Assembly (NCBI GenBank): GCA_022842685.1
Contig: JALHPC010000006.1
Span: 26,053-90,052 of the forward strand
DNA from: Candidatus Kapaibacterium sp.
GTDB taxonomy: Bacteria; Bacteroidota; Ignavibacteria; Kapaibacteriales; Kapaibacteriaceae
Direction of reading: 5' to 3'
DNA length: 64,000 nt
Each line of letters starts with the position of its first letter. Positions within the stretch are counted from its first letter, which is position 1. The notes below the pieces were generated by a model. That model was not told the origin of the DNA, made no database searches, and worked only from the letters and a program-made list of their open reading frames with translations. Both the position numbers and the translations under genes were made by a program. Below, piece after piece: positions 48,125 to 57,837 of the stretch.

Positions 48125-48856
48125 ATGCGCAGAGAACTTTCTTCGTGGTGGAGTCCCCACCTTGACCGCTCGATGGAAATCGTGTCGTACGGACACTTTG
48201 GCCAGGCAATTCTGCTGTTTCCCAGCGCAGCTGCCGACTACCTTGAATACGAGCGCTTTCACCTGATTGAGGCGATTGCCCCCTACATCAATGCGGGCAG
48301 GGTAAAGGTGTATTCGATTAACAGTATCAACAGCGAGAGTTGGCTGAACGACAAGCTACATGGTCGGCAGAAGATTGTTCGCCACATGCAGTACAACAAC
48401 TACATCGTGGATGAAGTCGTGCCGTTTATCCATCGAGACTGCGATGGCCTTACGTCGATCATCACTGCGGGCGTGTCGCTTGGAGCCTTCCATGCGGCGA
48501 ACACACTGTTCCGCCGGCCTGACGTGTTTGACGGCGTGATTGCCATGAGTGGCATCTACGACCTGAAGTCGTACAGCAAGGGATACTTCGACGAAGACTG
48601 CTACTTTAATTCGCCCATGGACTACATGGCGAATATGAACGACCCATACTGGCTGCGCCATTTGCAATCCAAGCATCACATTATGTTTTTGTCGGGTCGA
48701 GGCAATTACGAAGACCCCGATGCCTCGGTAGCCATGGGCAACATCCTTACGGCCAAGGGTATTCCGCACGAGGTGGACCTATGGGGTTGGGAGTGGACGC
48801 ACGACTGGCCCACGTGGCGCGCCATGTTGCCGAACGTGATTGCACGTAGGTTCTAA
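48125..48856 (+). CDS. Esterase-family hydrolase (esterase D/enterochelin-esterase-like fold)
   Basis: SAGVSLGAF nucleophile-elbow-like GxSxG. Overall pattern resembles the Pfam Esterase family. Confidence 0.6.
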   Translation: MRRELSSWWSPHLDRSMEIVSYGHFGQAILLFPSAAADYLEYERFHLIEAIAPYINAGRVKVYSINSINSESWLNDKLHGRQKIVRHMQYNNYIVDEVVPFIHRDCDGLTSIITAGVSLGAFHAANTLFRRPDVFDGVIAMSGIYDLKSYSKGYFDEDCYFNSPMDYMANMNDPYWLRHLQSKHHIMFLSGRGNYEDPDASVAMGNILTAKGIPHEVDLWGWEWTHDWPTWRAMLPNVIARRF

Positions 48857-48922
48857 CGTAAGAACACCCCTACGTGTCACATTCCGCTGCCCCAACGCCA
48901 CGATGGTGTTCCGGAGGCAACC

Positions 48923-49264
48923 ATGGACACACCCTTACATGAAGTGAGCTATGCCGTTATTCACGGTGTGGCGTATTTGGCCGAGCGCGGCGATTTCTCG
49001 GCCGACGTTTGGCGCGACGACTTGCGCCACCGAGCTCTTTCGCTAGCCGACCACCTAGAGCATACCGTTACTGCTGGTAGTGGCGACGTGTTTGCCCGCC
49101 AGCTCCTCGAGCTGATAGCGCGCCTGCGGGCGCTGCGCACGGTGTTGCGCTTGCTGGACGACCTCGACCACGTAGATCCCGAGCAAGCACTGCAGCTGCA
49201 TGGCGTGGTTGATGAAAGTCTGCGTGTGGCCTATGCGGCGTATCGGACGGCAAAGGGCCGATAA
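48923..49264 (+). CDS. Hypothetical helical protein (possible four-helix-bundle family)
   Basis: 113 aa, predicted all-alpha. No recognisable motif. Confidence 0.3.
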   Translation: MDTPLHEVSYAVIHGVAYLAERGDFSADVWRDDLRHRALSLADHLEHTVTAGSGDVFARQLLELIARLRALRTVLRLLDDLDHVDPEQALQLHGVVDESLRVAYAAYRTAKGR

Positions 49265-49277
49265 ACCGTAATTTTGC

Positions 49278-50678
49278 ATGATGGATACCACGCTCGACCT
49301 CCCCGTGCTGCCGCTTGCGCAGCCGGAGCCCCCTACCACACCAACGAATGCCACGCACACGGTGTATGTGGAAACGTATGGATGTCAGATGAATGTGAAC
49401 GACAGCGAGATTGTGCTGGGCGTGCTGAACACCAACGGCTATGCGCCTGTTGATAGTGCCGATGATGCCGACGTGATCCTGCTGAACACCTGTGCTATTC
49501 GCGACAATGCCGAGCGTAAGATTCACGAACGGTTGAAAGCCCTAGACCACTTGCGCAATGGCAAGCGGCAACGCGTAGTTGGCGTGCTGGGCTGTATGGC
49601 CGAACGGCTGCGATCGTCGATGCTGGACACAGGCCTCGTTGATATCGTCGTTGGCCCAGACGAATACCGCAAGGTGCCAGAACTCGTCGAAGCCGCCCTG
49701 CATGGCTCGCACGGGATTGCTGTAAAACTATCGCGCGTTGAAACCTACGACGACATCGTTCCCCTTCGTACCGAGGGCATCGCCGCCTGGGTATCGATTA
49801 TGCGTGGCTGCGACAAATTCTGCACGTTTTGCGTGGTGCCCTTTACCCGTGGCCGCGAACGCTCTCGCCCACTCCAAAGTATCGTCGATGAATGTAAGGG
49901 GCTTTGGGACAGCGGTTTCCGCGAAGTGAGTCTGCTAGGTCAAAACGTGAACTCCTATGTGGACGAAGCGTCGAACTACGACTTTGCCGACCTGCTGGAG
50001 GCCTGCGCACGCGCTGTACCGCAGTTGCGCATCCGCTATACGACCTCGCATCCGCAAGACATGAGCGACAAATTGATTGACACCATGGCAGCGTACGACA
50101 ACATCTGCAAGTACATCCACTTGCCGGTGCAATCGGGTTCGGACCGCATCCTGCAGCTCATGAACCGAACGTACAGCGTAGACCACTACATGAAGCGTAT
50201 CGAGCGGATTCGCGAGGCCATGCCGCTGTGCGCGTTAAGTACCGACATCATTGCTGGCTTTTGCACCGAGACCGAAGAAGACCATCAAGCGACGCTCGAC
50301 GTTATGCGTGCCGTGAAGTACGACGGCGCCTACATGTTTGCCTATTCGCCTCGCGAAAACACCAAGGCGTGGAAGATGGGCGACGACGTGCCCGACGAGG
50401 TTAAACAGCGCCGCCTGCAGGAGATCATTGCCCTGCAGAACGACGTCTCGCGCGAACTCAACGCCGCAGAAACCGGCCGACTACACTCCGTGCTGGTAGA
50501 AGGTCCAAGCAAGCGCAACAGTGCCGAGTGGAAGGGCCGCACGGACACAAACAAGACGGTTATCTGGCAGCATGTGGCCGACGACGGAGGCGTGGGCGAC
50601 TACGTGGTAGGCGACGTAGTACAGGTGCGCATTACACGATCGACTAGCGCAACCCTCTTTGGTTCGCTAGAGGTATGA
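49278..50678 (+). CDS. miaB: tRNA-i6A37 methylthiotransferase MiaB (radical SAM)
   Basis: YVETYGCQMN (MTTase N), CDKFCTFC radical-SAM cluster, C-terminal TRAM. Confidence 0.9.
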   Translation: MMDTTLDLPVLPLAQPEPPTTPTNATHTVYVETYGCQMNVNDSEIVLGVLNTNGYAPVDSADDADVILLNTCAIRDNAERKIHERLKALDHLRNGKRQRVVGVLGCMAERLRSSMLDTGLVDIVVGPDEYRKVPELVEAALHGSHGIAVKLSRVETYDDIVPLRTEGIAAWVSIMRGCDKFCTFCVVPFTRGRERSRPLQSIVDECKGLWDSGFREVSLLGQNVNSYVDEASNYDFADLLEACARAVPQLRIRYTTSHPQDMSDKLIDTMAAYDNICKYIHLPVQSGSDRILQLMNRTYSVDHYMKRIERIREAMPLCALSTDIIAGFCTETEEDHQATLDVMRAVKYDGAYMFAYSPRENTKAWKMGDDVPDEVKQRRLQEIIALQNDVSRELNAAETGRLHSVLVEGPSKRNSAEWKGRTDTNKTVIWQHVADDGGVGDYVVGDVVQVRITRSTSATLFGSLEV

Positions 50679-51329
50679 TTCGAGGTCGGCAAGCGTCGAC
50701 ACAACCGTCGTTGCTCCTGCCTGTGCAAGGCGCTCATGTGCCTGTGGCGTACTAGCCACACCAATGAACGAATAGCCCAGCGTTGCCGCTGCGGCAACGT
50801 CCCACGAACCATCTCCGACGTAGACCACATCATCGACATCGACGCCGTCCCACCTGCGCACGCGGTCCACGGCGATGCGCATGATTGCCGCCCGCTCCGT
50901 GTGATCGTCGCCGGTGGCCATCGCAACGCCGTGCATGTCAACGCCAGCAACGCGCATCTTGAAGCGCGCACTTTCGTGCCACGCACCAGTAGCGATTGCA
51001 GCAGGAAAGCCCGCGGCGCGTAGTCGGCCGAACACGCCTTGCGCCCCATCGATGGGCACAAACAGCTCGGGCTGCTCTGTGTAGGATTTCTCCATGAGGT
51101 CGAAGAACCGATGACGCACACGCGCAACAACATCGGTATCAGCATGGCCAATCACCGAGGCAACAACTTCGGCAACAATGCCGCTATCGGTGGATTGCGA
51201 ATAGGAGCTCCAGTCGCGACTTAGGTCGCTAACTCCAAGCACAGACTGTAGCGCACCAATCAGACACAGTTCATCGACCGAGTTCGTATTGGTAAGCGTG
51301 CCATCAACATCAAGGAGAACCAACTTCAT
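50667..51329 (-). CDS. HAD-superfamily hydrolase
   Basis: MKLVLLDVDGTL (motif I) and VYVGDGSWD (motif IV). Confidence 0.7.
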   Translation of the reverse strand: MKLVLLDVDGTLTNTNSVDELCLIGALQSVLGVSDLSRDWSSYSQSTDSGIVAEVVASVIGHADTDVVARVRHRFFDLMEKSYTEQPELFVPIDGAQGVFGRLRAAGFPAAIATGAWHESARFKMRVAGVDMHGVAMATGDDHTERAAIMRIAVDRVRRWDGVDVDDVVYVGDGSWDVAAAATLGYSFIGVASTPQAHERLAQAGATTVVSTLADLESYL

Positions 51330-51421
51330 GGCGTGCAAGTTGGCACGAACAGTGTTTCGAAGAGGGCTATTGCTGTGTTACGTCCTCGTAACGTACGGTT
51401 GACGCAGCTTTGGTGCCCCCG

Positions 51422-51464
51422 AAAAAACAAAAAAGCCCTTGAGCATTGCGCTCAAGGGCCTTTT
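51422..51464 (-). terminator. Rho-independent terminator (10-bp stem GCCCTTGAGC/GCTCAAGGGC, loop ATTGC, then TTTTTTGTTTTTT on the minus strand)
   Basis: Read directly. About 25 nt downstream of the small ORF stop. Confidence 0.8.
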
Positions 51465-51488
51465 GAGTTGCGTGGGATTTCACACGCC

Positions 51489-51608
51489 TTATGGGCATGC
51501 CTCGCAGGAGGTTGGACAGGAGTCCTGACTGACGTACATCGTAGCTGCCGTAGCGGCAGCCAGCGAGACGAGAATCGCTACTGCAAGGAATGCTTTGGAT
51601 ATCTTCAT
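51489..51608 (-). CDS. Small hydrophobic/Cys-rich peptide (39 aa): MKISKAFLAVAILVSLAAATAATMYVSQDSCPTSCEACP
   Basis: Perfect AGGAGG Shine-Dalgarno 4 nt upstream of the ATG. A strong terminator follows immediately downstream. Signal/TM-like N-terminus and 4 Cys in the last 11 residues. Confidence 0.45.
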   Translation of the reverse strand: MKISKAFLAVAILVSLAAATAATMYVSQDSCPTSCEACP

Positions 51609-51667
51609 AGAACCTCCTGTGTTATGTGGATAAAGCGGCTGATGCGAATTTACGATACACTTTTGTG

Positions 51668-51964
51668 TTAGGCAACACTGTCGTGAACCGCCCCCGTCAC
51701 AACCTGCCACGGCTGTATGGTATAGCGCTCTACCACTCCATTCTGCACGTACGGATCAAGCTCCACAAATCGCTCTATTTCGTGTAAGGGGCACCGAAAG
51801 ACTAACACGGCAGAGTCTGGCGGGTCCCCTACGGCACCTCCCAACAATAAGAACCCACGCTTGGCAAATTCATCGGTCAACGCCAAATGTTCCGGACGAT
51901 ACGGCGTGCGCTTTGTAACGTAGTCATCAACAACGTGATAGCGCAAAATGTAGTACGTGCTCAT
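51668..51964 (-). CDS. YciI-like protein
   Basis: 98 aa. MSTYYILRYHVVDDYVTKRTPYRPEHL pattern of the YciI/Dabb family. Confidence 0.55.
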   Translation of the reverse strand: MSTYYILRYHVVDDYVTKRTPYRPEHLALTDEFAKRGFLLLGGAVGDPPDSAVLVFRCPLHEIERFVELDPYVQNGVVERYTIQPWQVVTGAVHDSVA

Positions 51965-52037
51965 GGTCCTAAACTACAAAGAACATACCTAGATTTGCCG
52001 TTCCACGTCACGATGTTTCACGTAACGATGCTTTACC

Positions 52038-52457
52038 ATGGACTTCGGCTTCCTTACCACACTGCACAGCCACAATCGCAACCTTGTGTTCCTCACTGCT
52101 GTCGTGGCTATCGCCCTGACACTCGTGGCCACGCTTCGTAAGCAACCCCTTGGTAAGGCAGCACAGTGGTCGAACCGCACCTACTCTCTGGTGCTCACCC
52201 TGCAGTTCGTCATCGGACTGATCGTGCTTGTTGGCCGCTGGAGCGAGTTCTCCGAGGGCCTCCGCCACCGACTCGAACATGCCGTGATCATGCTGGTAGC
52301 CGTTGGTCTAACGCACATGACGGGGCGTTTTGCCAAGCTCCCCGCACCACTGGCATCACGGAATACGCTGCTCACGCTGCTGGCATCGCTCATCCTTGTC
52401 ATTTTGGGAATCTGGATTCTTCCGCAAGGAGCGGCAATCCTTGGACTCGCCGGTTAA
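52038..52457 (+). CDS. Small membrane protein (4 TM, hypothetical)
   Basis: Hydrophobicity pattern only. Confidence 0.35.
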   Translation: MDFGFLTTLHSHNRNLVFLTAVVAIALTLVATLRKQPLGKAAQWSNRTYSLVLTLQFVIGLIVLVGRWSEFSEGLRHRLEHAVIMLVAVGLTHMTGRFAKLPAPLASRNTLLTLLASLILVILGIWILPQGAAILGLAG

Positions 52458-52541
52458 TTACGTAGTACCTCGTACCATTGTAGGCGTTTGGCACGAAGTT
52501 TGCCTGTGCTGCCATCCCCAAGCAGCATACTGGGTAATCCA

Positions 52542-53045
52542 ATGCAAAGACTTCTACTTCTTACATGCATCGCAGTCATAGCGTCCTTTGCCGGTTGTAG
52601 CAATGCATCCGAGCCGACTGCGCCAACTCCTGCTGTCAATCGCTTCACTGTTTCGGGCTCCCTCTATCCCGAAACTGTCATCGAAGTAAGCAAAGCCGCC
52701 GTTCCCCTTAACGTCAACACCTCGCTAGGTATCCAGCAAGTCACCCTCAACGGTATCATCAACGAGCTCGATACCATGAACCTTACCCTATCGTGGGATG
52801 GCGTCGAACCCGGATCCTATCCATGGTCTGGCACAAAGTCAAGCCCTCGGTATATCCGCATGGTTATCCGTACAAAGGACGGACGCCGCATCGATATGCA
52901 ACCCGACCCCTCGGCCCCCATTGGCGAGACCATCGTCGAAGGCTCCGACGAGCAGTTCGTCTACGGCCGCTTCTACGGCAACCTTCGTGGTGCTGGCGGC
53001 AGCCTTAACATCACTCACGGCTACTTCCGCTCCGTGCGGCCCTAA
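52542..53045 (+). CDS. Hypothetical lipoprotein
   Basis: MQRLLLLTCIAVIASFAGCSNA lipobox. The start was set at an internal ATG. Confidence 0.4.
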   Translation: MQRLLLLTCIAVIASFAGCSNASEPTAPTPAVNRFTVSGSLYPETVIEVSKAAVPLNVNTSLGIQQVTLNGIINELDTMNLTLSWDGVEPGSYPWSGTKSSPRYIRMVIRTKDGRRIDMQPDPSAPIGETIVEGSDEQFVYGRFYGNLRGAGGSLNITHGYFRSVRP

Positions 53046-54565
53046 TGCGGGCATTATCGCTGGTGCCGGTTGCCTGGTTGCTCGCTGTATTCTTAGCAAG
53101 AGCACAGGTTAGCCCCACCATCGTTACCACCATTCCAGTTCTTCGTCTCGATGCCCGCCCTATCCTTCACTGGAAAGGGGGCACCGGTGTGCTGGCGATT
53201 ACCTTCGCCGATTCGCTTCGCTTGGAATCTACCACGCTCCGCTCCCGCGGACTCCGCGACGTCGCCATCGTCTGCCTGAACGCCGATGGCTCGATTCGCT
53301 GGACGAATCACATCGGCGGTCCGGCCGATGACGCTGCTGCCGACGTTCACGTAGGCACCAACTTCATTACGTGCCTCCTTGCGGCTGGCGGCAGTACTGG
53401 CGCCCCCTCGACACTTCGCGTGAACAACGTTACGCTTGCCACCAATGGTGAATACGACGTTGGCCTCGTGGGCTATACCCTTGCCGGACGCTTGGAGTGG
53501 TTTCGTGTAGACGGCGGACCGTTTCCGGACGTACCAACCAGTATGGTGGTTGATGAAGAACAAGGCATTGCCGTTGCGGCCACCTATGTGCGCAGAACAC
53601 GGTTTGAAACCAAGGTCTTGGCCGACACAATGGGCGAGACGTCATGCGCACTCATTCAGTACACCACGCGCGGTGGGCTTCAAGCCGCCTCATCCACCAC
53701 GGCTCAGTCGTTCGGATCTGCAGCCGCATCGACGACGTCGATGTGGACGTCGGGAAAAGAGCTACATATGCTGATAACCACACTCGGAGACATACGCTGG
53801 CACTCGGCGTCGATGTCGTCTGAGTCGCCACTCCCAACGGTTGTTGGCCATCAGTGGAGCGAAGACGCCGTGCGCACCATTGCTTCTCCTTCCGATTGCG
53901 CTCCCACGAGTCTTGTGTGCGCACCCCTTGGCAATGCCGTTGTGGCCGCCTCGTTCGAGTCGTTACCGTGCGAGGCCGACGTTCTCCCGTCGCTAGCGCT
54001 TCGCAGACATGAGGGCAGCGACAGCGAGATCATTCAGGCCTATCACTCGTCTACCGGCAGCGCCACCATCTATCGCGCTGCCGCTTCTCCGTCAGACGTC
54101 GTCGTGGTTGGCTCGTTTCGCGGACGTCTTTCGGCAGCCGACGGGGCCGTTCTCGACGCGGGTGACGAGACGAACCTAGCGGGCTTCCTTGTATCGACGC
54201 GCGGTCTAACATCGGTGGTTCGTGGTGAAAGCGCCGCCGAATTCACATCGGCCGTGTTCGACGGCCAACACCTGTATGCCTGCGCCGAAGTCCATGGCCG
54301 TGGAACAGTAGACGGTCTACCCGTGGGTGTTGCTGGCAGCTCCAGCATTGTGATACTTCGGTACGATGTAGCGGCGACGTCTGTCCGTCAAGACAACGAA
54401 GTGCCATCCGAACGGAGCATCGACGACGGGCCATGGATACTATGGAACATGCAGGGGCAGGTGGTTGCTACCGGTAGCGGCAGTCGCTTGCCAGAAGGCC
54501 TAGCTGCTGGCGTTTACGCTATCGGCGCCCCCTTTAAACAGGCGCGGCTACTGCTGATGCCATAG
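53045..54565 (+). CDS. Secreted protein, possible T9SS C-terminal domain
   Basis: Signal MRALSLVPVAWLLAVFLARAQ. The C-terminal ...GVYAIGAPFKQARLLLMP resembles a T9SS CTD. Confidence 0.35.
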   Translation: MRALSLVPVAWLLAVFLARAQVSPTIVTTIPVLRLDARPILHWKGGTGVLAITFADSLRLESTTLRSRGLRDVAIVCLNADGSIRWTNHIGGPADDAAADVHVGTNFITCLLAAGGSTGAPSTLRVNNVTLATNGEYDVGLVGYTLAGRLEWFRVDGGPFPDVPTSMVVDEEQGIAVAATYVRRTRFETKVLADTMGETSCALIQYTTRGGLQAASSTTAQSFGSAAASTTSMWTSGKELHMLITTLGDIRWHSASMSSESPLPTVVGHQWSEDAVRTIASPSDCAPTSLVCAPLGNAVVAASFESLPCEADVLPSLALRRHEGSDSEIIQAYHSSTGSATIYRAAASPSDVVVVGSFRGRLSAADGAVLDAGDETNLAGFLVSTRGLTSVVRGESAAEFTSAVFDGQHLYACAEVHGRGTVDGLPVGVAGSSSIVILRYDVAATSVRQDNEVPSERSIDDGPWILWNMQGQVVATGSGSRLPEGLAAGVYAIGAPFKQARLLLMP

Positions 54566-54607
54566 GGACACGGGCCGTTGGTTAGTTTTGTGGTTTGCCC
54601 AACCACT

Positions 54608-55513
54608 ATGCTACCACTTCACACAACATCGCTAGCCAACCTACCACTGATGCGCAGGGGCAAGGTGCGCGACGTCTACCATGCCGACGACGCCTTGTTG
54701 ATGGTGGCCACGGATCGCATCTCGGCGTTTGATGTGGTGATGGACGAGGCGATTCCCGATAAAGGCGCACTGCTGACAGCCATATCGACGTTTTGGTTTG
54801 AGACGTTGGGCAACGTGGTACCGAACCATCTTACCGGGTTGACTGTCGACGACATCGCCGAGCTAACCGACCACGAGCGTGACGTATTGCGGCATCGCAG
54901 CATGGTGGTACAGCGTACTGCTCCGCTTGCCATTGAATGTGTAGTGCGCGGCTACCTATCTGGTTCTGGATGGAAAGAGTACCAGGCCAGCGGTACGGTT
55001 TGTGGCATTGCCTTGCCACCCGGATTGGTAGAATCTGACAAACTTCCCAAGCCAATATTCACGCCGGCAACGAAGGCCGAAGAAGGTCACGACGAGAATA
55101 TCACGTTCGAGCAGGCGGCTGATATTGTTGGCGCCGACGTTGCCAACCGTGTTCGGCAATACAGCTTTGCCCTCTACGATGCTGCGGCAAACTACGTGGC
55201 ACAACGTGGGCTTATTTTGGCAGACACCAAGTTTGAATTTGGTATTACGCCAAGCGGCGACATTATCCTCATCGACGAAGCACTCACGCCAGATTCTTCG
55301 CGGTACTGGCTAGCGTCCGACTACGGACCGGGGAAGGCACAGCACAACTTCGACAAGCAAGTGTTGCGCGACTGGCTCGAGACGTTAACTTGGAATAAGC
55401 AGCCACCACCTCCGCCGCTGCCGCAGCCAGTGATATTGGGAACACGAGCCAAGTACGTCGAGGCCTACGAACGCATTACCGGGCGCACGTGGCGTAGCGT
55501 CCATGTGGAATAG
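54608..55513 (+). CDS. purC: Phosphoribosylaminoimidazole-succinocarboxamide synthase (SAICAR synthetase)
   Basis: GKVRDVY...ATDRISAFD...ILADTKFEFG. Confidence 0.9.
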   Translation: MLPLHTTSLANLPLMRRGKVRDVYHADDALLMVATDRISAFDVVMDEAIPDKGALLTAISTFWFETLGNVVPNHLTGLTVDDIAELTDHERDVLRHRSMVVQRTAPLAIECVVRGYLSGSGWKEYQASGTVCGIALPPGLVESDKLPKPIFTPATKAEEGHDENITFEQAADIVGADVANRVRQYSFALYDAAANYVAQRGLILADTKFEFGITPSGDIILIDEALTPDSSRYWLASDYGPGKAQHNFDKQVLRDWLETLTWNKQPPPPPLPQPVILGTRAKYVEAYERITGRTWRSVHVE

Positions 55514-55519
55514 GTAGTC

Positions 55520-56827
55520 ATGGCAACCATTCGTTTCGACGACGACGACGTAGCCCTACAGCGGCGCATGAACGACCTAGTTGACTGGGGGTTGATGTTA
55601 GCCGTCTTTGGTGTGCTTGCTGTGGGTCTCATCTCGATTTACAGCGCAACCTATCCAAGTTTTATCAGCGGCGTTAGCGGTCCCAGCTCGACGTTTGTCA
55701 AGCAGGTGCTTTATGCTTCGATAGGCCTTGTGGGTGCATTGGTGGCGTTCTTTTTACCAGAGCGCTGGATGCGCGACGCCGCATGGCCAATGTATGGCCT
55801 AAGCATGGCCCTCCTTGTTGCGGTACTTATTCCTGGCATCGGCAAGGTTGTGAATGGGCAGCAGTGTTGGATTGACATTGGTGGATTCTCGTTCCAGCCA
55901 TCCGAGCTGGCCAAGCTAACCACGCTAATGGCCCTAGCCAGATTTGCCAGTGAAAAGGGCACCGACGTTCTTACTATTCGAGACGGAGGTGTGGCATTGG
56001 GCATCCTATTCTTGCCAATGGCACTCATCATGTTGCAGCCCGACACGGGTTCGGCAACTGTCTTTATGGCCATGGGAATGGGCATCTTTCTATGGCTTGG
56101 AGGGTCGCTCTTTGCTCTGTATGTTGTTATCGCTGGTGCCGTTGTTGGAGCAGCGGCGCTCTATGCGGCCTTGTTCGACGGCATGATATGGTTTGGCATC
56201 GCTGCCGCAGCCATGGCGATTGGTGCTTTTGCCTTTCGGCGAAACGTCATTGTCACGGCTCTCTCTGTCGTCCTTGTGGTTGGTGCAGGCCTAATGGTTC
56301 GCCCAGTTTTCGACAAGCTTCCAATTCACCAGCAGAATCGATTAGTAACGCTGTTCGAGCCCGAACGAAATCCCCGTGGCGAGGGCTATCACGTTATTCA
56401 GTCCATGCTTGCCGTCGGCTCTGGCGGCGTTACCGGCAAGGGGTTCCGCAAGGGAACGCAGACGCAGTTACGGTATATCCCTGAACAGTGGACAGACTTT
56501 ATCTTCTGCGTACCAACCGAAGAGTTCGGCTTTGTTGGCGGCGTCATGGTCATCGCCCTCCTTGCATCCATCATGCTGCGTGCTGCCAACATAGCCGTTA
56601 GCGTACGAACACGTTTCGCCAGTGTAATTGCCTTTGGTTTCGGCTCGGTGATGCTATACCACACCCTTGTGAACATCGGCATGGCCATTGGACTCTTTCC
56701 CGTCATGGGCATCCCATTACCCTTTTTGAGTGCAGGGGGCACCGCCCTTATTGTGAACCTCACGATTGTGGGCATGCTGATGAACTTCTACAAGACGCGT
56801 CGGCGTCGCGCCGCCTCAACATCGTGA
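55520..56827 (+). CDS. SEDS-family peptidoglycan glycosyltransferase (RodA/FtsW)
   Basis: 10 TM. QPSELAKL, GSGGVTGKGF...QTQLRYIPEQWTDFIF...GIPLPFLSAGGTALIVN are conserved SEDS motifs. Confidence 0.8.
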   Translation: MATIRFDDDDVALQRRMNDLVDWGLMLAVFGVLAVGLISIYSATYPSFISGVSGPSSTFVKQVLYASIGLVGALVAFFLPERWMRDAAWPMYGLSMALLVAVLIPGIGKVVNGQQCWIDIGGFSFQPSELAKLTTLMALARFASEKGTDVLTIRDGGVALGILFLPMALIMLQPDTGSATVFMAMGMGIFLWLGGSLFALYVVIAGAVVGAAALYAALFDGMIWFGIAAAAMAIGAFAFRRNVIVTALSVVLVVGAGLMVRPVFDKLPIHQQNRLVTLFEPERNPRGEGYHVIQSMLAVGSGGVTGKGFRKGTQTQLRYIPEQWTDFIFCVPTEEFGFVGGVMVIALLASIMLRAANIAVSVRTRFASVIAFGFGSVMLYHTLVNIGMAIGLFPVMGIPLPFLSAGGTALIVNLTIVGMLMNFYKTRRRRAASTS

Positions 56828-57804
56828 GCACCATACGCCTAGCCGTAAGCGTGGGCGACCTAAACGGCATTAGCTTAGAGTGTCTTGTGCGCGCACTGCC
56901 GCACGTGTCGCCCGATGTCGAGATTACGCTATGTTCTAACGAGGCGTCGTTACGTAGCGCTATTGCGGCCCACGGCCTTACGGCCGACGTTCGTTCCGGT
57001 GCTCTTGTTGCCGGCGGCCGTACCGTTCACATTCACCCGATCGAGGCCGTCGTAGACGTTGAACCGGGAGCATTGGACGCACACAGCGGCCTTCACGCCG
57101 TGCAATCGCTCGACGCCGCCGTCGACCTCGTTCAGCGCGGCCAAGCACACGGAGTTGTTACGTTGCCCCTTTCCAAGGACGTGTGTGGAAGGGCTGGTTT
57201 TGGCTTTCCAGGTCAGACTGAATACCTGGCCGATAAAGCGCAAGGACAGGCCGTTATGGTGCTGTGCAGTGGAACCGTGCGCGTGGCGCTGGCTACGATT
57301 CACGTACCGCTGCGGCGGGTTGCCGAGGTGCTTACGTCCGACCGCATCGAAGACACGGTACGCGTACTCGACCGCCACCTGCGGGCCGACCGTGGGGTGG
57401 GCACTCCGCGTGTGGCAGTGCTGGCACTAAACCCCCACGCCGGCGAACACGGCCGCATAGGCAGCGAGGAAGATGTGCTGATTCGTCCGTCGATTGAACG
57501 CCTATGCCTAGAGGGTTACAACGTCGATGGGCCGCATGCAGCCGACGGTTTCTTTGCATTTGGCGATTACCGCAACTACGACGGCATTGTGGCGATGTAT
57601 CACGACCAAGGGCTGATACCACTTAAGTTGTTAGCCAACGGTGGCGGTGTGAACTGCACTGTTGGACTGTCGCTTGTACGAACCTCGCCCGACCATGGAA
57701 CAGCATTCGGCATTGCGGGCAAAGGTCTTGCCGACGAGCGCAGCACGGTCGAGGCCATTGCCCTAGCCGCCGACATCATACGAACGAGAGTGAATTTCCG
57801 CTAG
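56824..57804 (+). CDS. pdxA: 4-hydroxythreonine-4-phosphate dehydrogenase
   Basis: GDLNGIS, FPGQTEYLA, YHDQGLIPLK, PDHGTAFGIAGKG motifs. 4-nt overlap with the upstream SEDS gene. Confidence 0.9.
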   Translation: MSTIRLAVSVGDLNGISLECLVRALPHVSPDVEITLCSNEASLRSAIAAHGLTADVRSGALVAGGRTVHIHPIEAVVDVEPGALDAHSGLHAVQSLDAAVDLVQRGQAHGVVTLPLSKDVCGRAGFGFPGQTEYLADKAQGQAVMVLCSGTVRVALATIHVPLRRVAEVLTSDRIEDTVRVLDRHLRADRGVGTPRVAVLALNPHAGEHGRIGSEEDVLIRPSIERLCLEGYNVDGPHAADGFFAFGDYRNYDGIVAMYHDQGLIPLKLLANGGGVNCTVGLSLVRTSPDHGTAFGIAGKGLADERSTVEAIALAADIIRTRVNFR

Positions 57805-57837
57805 ATTCGCGCTTCACCGACTTCGGAGGAGGGATCC

